NCBI GenBank assembly: GCA_035649755.1
Contig: DASRIY010000060.1
Span: 1-50,689, forward strand
DNA: 50,689 nucleotides
DNA from: Candidatus Methylomirabilota bacterium
Lineage (GTDB): Bacteria > Methylomirabilota > Methylomirabilia > Rokubacteriales > CSP1-6
Direction: 5' to 3'
This document shows, one piece after another, positions 41,087 to 49,156 of this stretch (its first letter is position 1; each line of letters opens with the position of its first letter). The translations under genes were made by a program, and so were the position numbers. The notes below the pieces were generated by a model that saw only the letters and a list, made by a program, of their open reading frames with translations, did no database searches and was not told where the DNA came from.

Positions 41087-41956
41087 TCACTGCTTACCGT
41101 TCTCGACAGTCGCCCGCTCGATCGCCAGGAGCTTCTCGAGACCGATGACGCCCAGCATGTCCTTCTCGACGGGGCTCCAGTCCGGCTTCGTCCGGGTCCC
41201 GGCGCCGAAGCCGTCGGCCAGCTCCTCGTACACCTTCTTCCACGCCGCGTAGGCCGCCAGGAGCGGCGTGGACGGATCGGCGACGATCTTGTAGCCGAGC
41301 CCGCCGAGGTCGGCCAGCGTGAGGCCCAGGCCGGCGAGACCGCCGCGGCCCGCGAGGTACATCAGCGGGCCGCCCAGCCGCTCCGCGATCGCTCGCAGCT
41401 CTTCGGGCTTGTGCGCCATCGACAGGAGCACGAGGTCGGCGCCGGCCTTCCGGTAGGCGTCGCCGCGGCGGAGCGCGTCGTCCATGTTGCTCGCCCGGAT
41501 CGCGTTCGTCCGCGCGACGATCAGGAAATCGGGGTTGCGCCGCGCCGCCACCGCCTCCTTCACCTTGGCGGCCATGAGCTCCATCGGGATCATGTGCTCG
41601 ACGCCAGCGTGATGATGCGCGCGCTTGGGGACCAGCTGGTCCTCGATCTCGATAGCCTGGAAGCCGGCCGCCTCGCTCATGCCGATCGTGCGGTGCATGT
41701 GCATCGGGTCGCCGTAGCCGCAGGCGCCGTCGAGGATCAGCGGCAGGGACGAGACCGCGCCGATGTCGACGGCGATCTGGCACATCTCGGTCACGTTCAG
41801 GTTGGCCTCGAGGGCGACCTTCTGGTAGCCGGTCGAACCCCCGCCGAGGTAGCCGGCCGGGAAGCCCGCGGCCTCGGCCATACGGGCCATCAGGGGATTC
41901 AAGACCAGCGGCGCGGTCACGGGCATCGGCCGCTGGATCAGCTGGCGGAGCGACAT
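41087..41956 (-). CDS. Isocitrate lyase/PEP mutase-superfamily enzyme (divergent active-site loop)
   Basis: LILDGACGYGD and IEIEDQLVPKRAHHH motifs. Start is ATG 41956 after GGAGGAACGG. Only the lower 289 aa of ORF 41087..42697 is used. Confidence 0.8.
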   Translation of the reverse strand: MSLRQLIQRPMPVTAPLVLNPLMARMAEAAGFPAGYLGGGSTGYQKVALEANLNVTEMCQIAVDIGAVSSLPLILDGACGYGDPMHMHRTIGMSEAAGFQAIEIEDQLVPKRAHHHAGVEHMIPMELMAAKVKEAVAARRNPDFLIVARTNAIRASNMDDALRRGDAYRKAGADLVLLSMAHKPEELRAIAERLGGPLMYLAGRGGLAGLGLTLADLGGLGYKIVADPSTPLLAAYAAWKKVYEELADGFGAGTRTKPDWSPVEKDMLGVIGLEKLLAIERATVENGKQ

Positions 41957-42003
41957 GAGCCGTTCCTCCCGGCCGTCATGGTAACACCGAGCCGGCCGGC
42001 GAA

Positions 42004-43812
42004 TCAGTCGGGGGCCACGTCGAACTGCTGCAGCGCCGCGAGGCCGCGGTAGATTCCGCCGACGCTCGCGATGAGCTCGCGGTGCCCACCCATCTCCGCG
42101 ATGCGGCCGCCGTGGATGACGACCACGCGGTCGGCGTGCTTCACGGTCGCCAGGCGGTGAGCGATCACGAGCACGGTCCGGCCCTTCAGAAGCGCCGAGA
42201 GCGCGCGCTGCACCAGGGCCTCGCTCTCGGCGTCCAGGTCGGCGGTGGCTTCGTCCAGGATGAGGATCGGGGGATCTTTCAGGAACGCCCGCGCGATGGC
42301 CAGCCGCTGCCGCTGGCCGCCGGAGAGCTTGACCCCGCGCTCGCCGACGTGGGCCTCGTAGCCTCCCGGCAGCGCGGTGATGAAGTCGTGGGCCTGGGCC
42401 AGCCGTGCGGCCTCCTCGATCTGGGCGCGCGTGGCGTCCGGCCGACCGTAGGCGATGTTGTACTCGATCGTATCGCTGAAAAGGAACGTGTCCTGGGTGA
42501 CGACGCCGATGAGCGCGCGCAGCGAGTCCACCGTGACGCTCCGGAGGTCGTGGCCGTCGATGGTCACGCGGCCCTCCGAGACGTCGTGGAACCTCGGAAG
42601 GAGCTCCATGAGCGTCGACTTTCCGGCACCCGACATGCCTACGAACGCGACCAGCTCCCCCTTGCGGATGGAGAGCGTGATGTCGCGCAGCGCCCATTCC
42701 TCGACGCTGGGGTAGCGAAAGCCGACGCCCTCGAACTCGATTCGATCCGAGAAGCCGGCCAGGCGGCTTGCCCCGGCCGCGTCGACGATCGCGGCCGGCG
42801 TGTCGAGGATCTCGTAGACCCGCTCGACCGACGCGAGCGCCTGCTGGACGGTATTGAAGGTGCGCAGGAGGTCGCCGAGCGGGCGGTAGAGCAGCGCGAC
42901 CGCGGCGATGACCGAGAAGAACTCGCCGGGGGTCAGCGTCCCCTGGACGACGCGAAAGCCGCCGTACCAGATGGCGCCGAAGATGCCGAAAGCCGCCACG
43001 ATCTCCAGCAAGGGCCTGGAGAACTCGTCGACGCGATGGTCACGCACGGCCAGCCGCAGCCGGCGGTCGTTGAGCCGGTCGAAGCGCGACTGCTCCAGAT
43101 CCTCCCGCCCGAACGCCTTGACGATCTTGCGGCCGGTGAGGGACTCCATCAGCATCACCGCGAGCTGCCCGCTCATGTCCTGGGCGCGGCGGTTGATCTT
43201 ATAGAGCTGGCGCCCGATCGGCCAGTTCACCAGCGCGGCCACCGGAAGCATCGCCGCCACGAAGAGCGTCAGCGCCCAGTCGCGGGTGAACATGACGACC
43301 AGCAGCGACACGATCGTGCCGACCCGGCGGATCGTGCTCACGAGCATGTCGGACGACAGGTTCGCCAGCCGGCTCGTGTCGAGCACGAGCCGCGTCGTGA
43401 GCTCGCCGGTGTGCCGCGCGGTGAAGAACGACAGCGGCATGTTCTGCAGGTGCACGTAGAGGTCGTGACGCACCCGCGTGACGACGCGCTCGCCGATCGA
43501 CTTGCTCAGGTAGGACTCGCCGTAGCTCGCCAGGCCCTTGACGATGTAGACGCCGAGCAGGGCCAGGGGAATGAGCTTGAGCATCAGGAGATCGCGCCGC
43601 AGGAAGATGTCGTCCATCGCCGGCTTCACGAGCCACGCGATGAGCCCGCCAGCGCCTGAGGCCACGAGGGCCAGCAGCGCGCTGACCGTGACCGCCTGCC
43701 AGTACGGCTTCAGGGAGCGCAGCAAGCGTGCGAGGACGCGGTAGCGCGGGCTCACGAGAGGGAGAGGCGCAGCGAGGGGCGATGAATCTTCGTCGACCCC
43801 ATTCGAAGCCAC
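42004..43812 (-). CDS. MsbA-like ABC exporter (fused TMD-NBD)
   Basis: Six-TM ABC_membrane domain, then [23 protein letters not shown] and ILILDEATA. The start is uncertain: ATG 43887, GTG 43812 and GTG 43755 are all in frame. Confidence 0.85.
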   Translation of the reverse strand: MASNGVDEDSSPLAAPLPLVSPRYRVLARLLRSLKPYWQAVTVSALLALVASGAGGLIAWLVKPAMDDIFLRRDLLMLKLIPLALLGVYIVKGLASYGESYLSKSIGERVVTRVRHDLYVHLQNMPLSFFTARHTGELTTRLVLDTSRLANLSSDMLVSTIRRVGTIVSLLVVMFTRDWALTLFVAAMLPVAALVNWPIGRQLYKINRRAQDMSGQLAVMLMESLTGRKIVKAFGREDLEQSRFDRLNDRRLRLAVRDHRVDEFSRPLLEIVAAFGIFGAIWYGGFRVVQGTLTPGEFFSVIAAVALLYRPLGDLLRTFNTVQQALASVERVYEILDTPAAIVDAAGASRLAGFSDRIEFEGVGFRYPSVEEWALRDITLSIRKGELVAFVGMSGAGKSTLMELLPRFHDVSEGRVTIDGHDLRSVTVDSLRALIGVVTQDTFLFSDTIEYNIAYGRPDATRAQIEEAARLAQAHDFITALPGGYEAHVGERGVKLSGGQRQRLAIARAFLKDPPILILDEATADLDAESEALVQRALSALLKGRTVLVIAHRLATVKHADRVVVIHGGRIAEMGGHRELIASVGGIYRGLAALQQFDVAPD

Positions 43813-43886
43813 GCTAGCAAAGCCAGTTCGGCTTTTCAAGTTACGAGGCTGGCCGCGTGATACCCTGCGCCGCCGAGGGCACGTCA

Positions 43887-45692
43887 ATGTGTGGAATCGC
43901 CGGCGTTCTCATGAAGCACGGCCGCCCGGATGAGGGCGCGCTGCGGCGCATGGGCGACGCCCTCGCCCACCGAGGCCCCGACGATCGGGGCGTATTTGTC
44001 GCCGGCCCGCTGGGTCTCCTGCAGACCCGCCTGTCGATCATCGACCTGGAGGGCGGCCACCAGCCGATGACCGACGGCCCGCTCACCCTGGTTGCCAACG
44101 GCGAGATCTACAACTTCGTGGAGCTCCGGCAGGCGCTCGAGGCTCGGGGCCGCCGCTTCGCGACCCGCTCGGACAGCGAGACGATCCTTCACGCGTACGC
44201 GCTCGACGGTCTCGCCGCCCTCCCGTCGCTCAACGGGATGTTCGCCTTCGCGCTGTACGACGCCCGGAGGCGGGAGCTGATACTGGGGCGGGATCGCCTG
44301 GGCATCAAACCGCTCTACTACGCCGATCTGCCGGACCGCGTGCTCTTCGCCTCCGAGCTGAAGGCGATCCTGGCCGTCTGGCCGGGCGAGCCGGCGCTCC
44401 ACCCTGGCGCGCTGGTGCAATACCTGGAAAATCACTTCAACACCGGCGAGCAGAGCCTCGTGCGCGGTATTCGCCGGCTGCCGCCGGGCGCGACGCTGGT
44501 GGTGGACGCCGACCTGAAGCTGCGGGAGCGGCGGTACTGGTCGCTCCTCGGCGTACGGCCCCGGCGGCTCGACTTCGACGGGGCCGCCGAAGAATTCGAG
44601 CCCCTGTTCCGCCAGGTGATGCTCGAGCACCTTCGCGCCGACGTTCCGTGCGGCCTGTTCCTGTCGAGCGGCGTCGACTCGGGCGTGCTGCTGGCGACGA
44701 TGAGCGAGCTCACCCGCCGCCCCGTGCGTACCTTCACCATCGGCTATCCCGACGATGGGACCGACAACGAATTGCCCGAGGCCGCGGCGATCGCGCGCCG
44801 CTTCGGGGCTGAGCACACCGAGATCGTCCTCGACCGTGACGCCGTGTTCCGCCGGTTGCCGCACACCATCTGGGCCACCGATGATTTGCTGCAGGACTAC
44901 GCCTGCCTTCCGACGTCGTTCCTGGCCGAGTGCGCCGGGCGCGAGCTGAAGGTGATCTTGACCGGCGAGGGCGGCGACGAGGTCTTCGCCGGCTACGGCC
45001 GCTATCGGCGCACACCGCTGCAGCGATGGCTCCAGAACCTCGTCGCGCCCGGCTCGGGCGGCTTCCGCACGCGCGGCCAGTGGGACCGGCGCAGGACGGA
45101 CCGGGCGTTCGGCACCGAGCTGAAGGCGGCGGCGGACGCGCGACGCGAGCCCTTCATCACGGCGTGGCAAGCGACGCCGGGCGTCTGGAGCAACATCGCG
45201 CGCTGTCAGTACGCCGACTTCTGCACCTGGCTCCCGGACGACCTGCTCGTCAAGGCGGACCGCGTCCTGATGGCCTTCGGCGTCGAGGCGCGCGTGCCGT
45301 TTCTCGACCATCGCGTGGTCGAATTCGGCCTGGGGCTCGCCGACGGGCTCAAGGTTCGCGGGCGCCAGGGCAAGGTGTTCCTCAAGCGCTGGGCCGAGGG
45401 GAGAATCCCGCACGAGCACCTCTGGCGACCGAAGCGCGGCTTCTACGTTCCGGTCCGCCGGTGGCTGAATGGGGCCATCCTCGACGGGCTCGCGGCGCGC
45501 CTGCCGGTGCACCCGGTGATCCGTCGCTGGTTCCAGCCCGGCGCCGTGGCCGAGCTGATACGCGAGCAGCAGCGTGGCGGGAACGCGGCGCGCCTCATCT
45601 GGGGCTTGATGCAGCTAGCGATCTGGCACGAGATCTTCGTCGAGGGCCGGGTGCCGGACCGCGACGAGGACCCGCTGGCGTGGATCGGGTGA
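43887..45692 (+). CDS. Asparagine synthase (glutamine-hydrolysing)-family amidotransferase
   Basis: N-terminal nucleophile MCGIAG, the PP-loop-like LSSGVDS, and SD GAGGG 7 nt upstream. Confidence 0.88.
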   Translation: MCGIAGVLMKHGRPDEGALRRMGDALAHRGPDDRGVFVAGPLGLLQTRLSIIDLEGGHQPMTDGPLTLVANGEIYNFVELRQALEARGRRFATRSDSETILHAYALDGLAALPSLNGMFAFALYDARRRELILGRDRLGIKPLYYADLPDRVLFASELKAILAVWPGEPALHPGALVQYLENHFNTGEQSLVRGIRRLPPGATLVVDADLKLRERRYWSLLGVRPRRLDFDGAAEEFEPLFRQVMLEHLRADVPCGLFLSSGVDSGVLLATMSELTRRPVRTFTIGYPDDGTDNELPEAAAIARRFGAEHTEIVLDRDAVFRRLPHTIWATDDLLQDYACLPTSFLAECAGRELKVILTGEGGDEVFAGYGRYRRTPLQRWLQNLVAPGSGGFRTRGQWDRRRTDRAFGTELKAAADARREPFITAWQATPGVWSNIARCQYADFCTWLPDDLLVKADRVLMAFGVEARVPFLDHRVVEFGLGLADGLKVRGRQGKVFLKRWAEGRIPHEHLWRPKRGFYVPVRRWLNGAILDGLAARLPVHPVIRRWFQPGAVAELIREQQRGGNAARLIWGLMQLAIWHEIFVEGRVPDRDEDPLAWIG

Positions 45693-45707
45693 GGCCGCCG
45701 GGCGCTC

Positions 45708-48074
45708 TCAGGTCCGGGCGCGGAGCAGGAGCGAGACGCCGATCCCCATGAAGATGATGTTCGCGGTCCACGCGGCGATCAGGGGCGGCAAGAGGTCGGC
45801 CCGCGCGAACGCGAGCGCGACGAAGTGCACGACCAGGTAGCCGGCCATGATGCCGAGCGCGAGCCCGATCCCGAAGAGACGACCACCGCGCGGTGACTGC
45901 AAGGCCAGCGGGATCGCGACGAGCACCATGACCAGGTTGACGAGCGGGAAGGACAGCTTGGCGTAGAGCTCGACCAGGTGCTTCCTGATCTGGAAGCCGG
46001 CCGCCTCGAGCCGGGCGATGTAGTCCTTGAGCTCGCGGAAGCTCATCGCCGTGACCGGCTTCTGGATGCGGATGAAGTCCTCCATCTCCTCGGACAGCTC
46101 CACCGCCGTCGAGCGGAACGCCAGCGTCTGCACGCCGCCGTCGGCGGAGATCTCCCGGTAGGCGCCGTCGCTCAGCTCCCAGCCGGCGGGCGTCCAGTGC
46201 GCCTGCCGCGCGTCGAGGCGGCCGGTCAGCCGAAAGTCGCGGTTCAGCTCGAGGATGGTCACGCCGAACATGTCGTTGGTGCCGGGATGGAGCAGCTCGA
46301 CTCGATAGAAGCGCGCATCGGAGCTGCGCACCCACAAACGGTGACGGAGCTGGAGATGGCGCGGAGCCATGCCGCGGATCTTGACGCGGTCCACCTCCTC
46401 GCCGCGCTCGTTGAGGACCGGCAGCGCGAGCTCCTGGAAGAGCCCGGCGCCGATGGCGATGGCGAGCCCTAGCCCGAGGATGGGCAAGCTCACGCGGTAG
46501 AGACTGATCCCGGCAGCCTTCAGCGCGGTCAGCTCGTGGTATCGGCTCAGCGTCAGGAACAGGAAGATCGTCGCCACCAGCATGACGACCGGCAGATAGA
46601 GGTGCAGCGCCGCCGGCAGCCGGTAGACGAAGTGCTCGAGGATGAACACCAGCGGCGGCTTGAGCCGGAGGTAGCGGTCCAGCGTCTGCAAGAGGTCGAT
46701 CATCACGAAGAGGGCCGCCGACACCGCGAGCCCCAGCCCCATGAAGGCCAGATACTCGCGCACCAGGTAGCGGTCGATGATGTGCGTCGAGTCGCGCAGA
46801 TGGGTCGCGTCGCGCTCTGCGCCGACGGCATGGGCCCGCGGCGTCCGCGCCGCGCGGCCCGGCAGGGCGCGCCGGGCGCGCTCGAGCGCGCCCCACACGA
46901 GCGGCATCGCCGGCAACCGCCATTCGCGCGCGGTGGCCAGCAGGAGGGCAAAGCCGGTAGTGGCGAACAGGACGTTGGGCGTCCAGATCGCCACGCCCGG
47001 CGGAATGCGTCGGCGCAGCGCGAATCCTTCCAGGGACGTGATCAAGAGGTAGTAGATGACCAGGATCACCAGGCTGCCGATGAACGCGATGCTGCGCCCG
47101 CCCCGGTGCGACCGGATGGCGAGCGGGAACGCGATGAGGCCGAAGACGAGCGCCGCCGCCGGCAGGGCGAACCGCTTGTGGCGCTCGATCTCGTACGGCA
47201 CGCGGCTCAAGCGGTCTCGCCGGTACTCGGCGATCTTCTGATTCAGCTCGCCGAGGGTCGCGTCACGCTCCGGCTTGTCGTTGCGCGCCGCCCCGATCAG
47301 CGGCGAGCTCATCGAAAAGCTCATGTCATAGGTGTCGAAGCGCGTGTAGCGATAGCGCGGCGCGACGGCCGGGCGCAACGGATCGGCGGCCACTGGCTGC
47401 GCGACGCCCGGGATCACGTCGACCTCGTTGACGGCGCCGTCGATCATGCTGAGCGTGATTCGCTGGTTCGCCTCGTCGCTGCGCAGCCGGCCCTCGCGCG
47501 CGGTGATGATCCGCGACAGCTTCGGATCGCGCTCGTCCGACACGAGGAGCCCGCGCAGCGCGACCTGGGAAACGCTGACGTCCTCGACGTAGATCGTCAC
47601 GTCCCCGAAGGTGCCCAGGAAGATGCGCTCCTGGAGCCCGCTCGCCGCCTTCGCCTGGAGAATTCGGAAAAGCTGGCGCTGGAACTCTCGGTTGGCGAGG
47701 GGATTCAGGACGAGCGTGAACCAGGCGGTGGCCGCCATGATGACCAGCGAGGTCAAGAGCACGGGGCGGTAGAGCCGCACCGCGCTCACCCCGGCCGCCC
47801 GGAAGGCGACGATCTCGAGGTCGCTCGCGAGGCGGCCGCCGGCCAGCAGCACGGCCGACAGGAACGCCATCGGCAGCGTGATCGCGAGGAACGAGGGCAG
47901 CATGAACGCCAGGAGCTGGACGACCAGATAGAAGGGCACGCCCTTGGTGATGACGAGGTCGGTCAGGCTGTAAATGCGGTCGATGACGAGGAAGAAAGTG
48001 AGAAGCACACAGCCGAATCCGAGCGGTGCCGCCAGCTCTCGTACGATGTACCGATCGAGCACGAGGAGCCGCAC
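45708..48074 (-). CDS. lptFG: LptF-LptG fused LPS export permease (two YjgP/YjgQ domains in a single ORF)
   Basis: N-terminal half: VRLLVLDRYIVRELAAP...AFRAAGVS. C-terminal half: IIDRYLVREYLAFMG...ALKAAGIS. They are joined by a 44-aa linker with no in-frame stop (46785-46916). GTG start at 48074. Confidence 0.8.
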   Translation of the reverse strand: MRLLVLDRYIVRELAAPLGFGCVLLTFFLVIDRIYSLTDLVITKGVPFYLVVQLLAFMLPSFLAITLPMAFLSAVLLAGGRLASDLEIVAFRAAGVSAVRLYRPVLLTSLVIMAATAWFTLVLNPLANREFQRQLFRILQAKAASGLQERIFLGTFGDVTIYVEDVSVSQVALRGLLVSDERDPKLSRIITAREGRLRSDEANQRITLSMIDGAVNEVDVIPGVAQPVAADPLRPAVAPRYRYTRFDTYDMSFSMSSPLIGAARNDKPERDATLGELNQKIAEYRRDRLSRVPYEIERHKRFALPAAALVFGLIAFPLAIRSHRGGRSIAFIGSLVILVIYYLLITSLEGFALRRRIPPGVAIWTPNVLFATTGFALLLATAREWRLPAMPLVWGALERARRALPGRAARTPRAHAVGAERDATHLRDSTHIIDRYLVREYLAFMGLGLAVSAALFVMIDLLQTLDRYLRLKPPLVFILEHFVYRLPAALHLYLPVVMLVATIFLFLTLSRYHELTALKAAGISLYRVSLPILGLGLAIAIGAGLFQELALPVLNERGEEVDRVKIRGMAPRHLQLRHRLWVRSSDARFYRVELLHPGTNDMFGVTILELNRDFRLTGRLDARQAHWTPAGWELSDGAYREISADGGVQTLAFRSTAVELSEEMEDFIRIQKPVTAMSFRELKDYIARLEAAGFQIRKHLVELYAKLSFPLVNLVMVLVAIPLALQSPRGGRLFGIGLALGIMAGYLVVHFVALAFARADLLPPLIAAWTANIIFMGIGVSLLLRART

Positions 48075-48082
48075 GGGTCTGT

Positions 48083-48090
48083 TGTACCAT
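48083..48090 (+). promoter_or_regulatory. -10-like box TGTACCAT, 6 nt upstream of ATG 48097
   Basis: ctgtTGTACCATaggctgATG, with no SD. Same geometry as the box at 4120-4127. Confidence 0.35.
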
Positions 48091-48096
48091 AGGCTG

Positions 48097-49149
48097 ATGA
48101 GCCCATCGAAAAGCCCGACGCGGAAATGGCTCGTCGGGCTCGCGCTGCTCGGCGCGGCAGCCCTCGCGCACGAGCGCCTCGATGCGGCCGGTCCCGTCGA
48201 CCGTCTCGACCAGTTCCGCCAGCTCGCGATTTCGCACGGCAGCGCGGACGGATCGCCCGACGCGTACCGCGACATGTACGCGCTGCTCGACGAAGAGATC
48301 GTCGAAAGCCTCGGCACCGGCGGCCTGTACGCGTCGCCCGCCTTCTTGCAAGATCGGCTCGACGCGTTTGGCGAGGCGTGGGGCGCGACCACTGTCGACG
48401 TCTTGCGCGTGGGCCGGCTCCTGGTGGGCGCGTTCCAGATCAGCGACGCGTCGAGCGCCAACACCGTCCGCGTGTACGGCAAGCTGGGGGGCGAGGCCGC
48501 CTTGCTGACCACGCTCTCGCGCGAGGGACGCCCGACCGTGTACCCGTGGGTGTCGGGGCCCGCCGGCGCCGCGCAGTTCGTCACGGCCTGGGACGGCCCC
48601 GCGACCGGCCAGGGACTGCGACCGCTCCGTCTCGACCTCATTCGCCAGGAAGGCGACGGGGTCCGCGTCGTCTGGTCGACCACCGATGTGTTCCCGGACG
48701 GGCTGATGGCGCGCGCCTACCTCGTGCGCGGTGACGAGATCCGCGTTCGCTATGAGCTCCGCTATCCCGGCTGGACCCCGGGATGCGAGGGGCAGACGGA
48801 ATCCGAGGACCTGTTCCGCGCCGCCCCGGAGACCGGCTCGCTCGTCCGGAAGTCCGGCCGCCAGCTCAACGGCTGGCACCGCGAGCTGCGCGCGACGGTC
48901 GCGGAGCTCTTCGCCGCGCTCGCCGCGAAGGACGAGGCGGGCCTGGTCAGGCTGGTGCCGGACTCCCAGCTCCGGCGCCGCCTGCCGGCCACGCTGCGTG
49001 CCGAGACCGCGTGCGACGCCACCGACGGCAGCGCCGAGCCGCGTACCGTCTCGATCGCCGCCACCGCCGAGCAGACGCCGTGGGCGCTGACCTTCCAGCG
49101 CGGCCCGTCCCGCTGGCGCCTCGCGACCGCCGCGCCGGTCCTCGAGTAG
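48097..49149 (+). CDS. Hypothetical secreted protein (350 aa)
   Basis: Signal-peptide-like MSPSKSPTRKWLVGLALLGAAALA and coding-like GC3. I recognise no family. Confidence 0.6.
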   Translation: MSPSKSPTRKWLVGLALLGAAALAHERLDAAGPVDRLDQFRQLAISHGSADGSPDAYRDMYALLDEEIVESLGTGGLYASPAFLQDRLDAFGEAWGATTVDVLRVGRLLVGAFQISDASSANTVRVYGKLGGEAALLTTLSREGRPTVYPWVSGPAGAAQFVTAWDGPATGQGLRPLRLDLIRQEGDGVRVVWSTTDVFPDGLMARAYLVRGDEIRVRYELRYPGWTPGCEGQTESEDLFRAAPETGSLVRKSGRQLNGWHRELRATVAELFAALAAKDEAGLVRLVPDSQLRRRLPATLRAETACDATDGSAEPRTVSIAATAEQTPWALTFQRGPSRWRLATAAPVLE

Positions 49150-49156
49150 CCGGCCG

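Noticed and set aside
41957-42697. Upper part of ORF 41087..42697, which would fuse an extra 247 aa onto the ICL/PEPM-family protein
   Set aside because: That segment is an alternate frame of the MsbA-like NBD. ATG 41956 has a strong SD and yields a normal-length (289 aa) superfamily member.
48075-48683. 203-aa N-terminal extension of the lptFG ORF (45708..48683)
   Set aside because: It overlaps the divergent secreted-protein gene and shows no LptF similarity. LptF homology starts at VRLLVLDRYIV, matching the E. coli LptF N-terminus.
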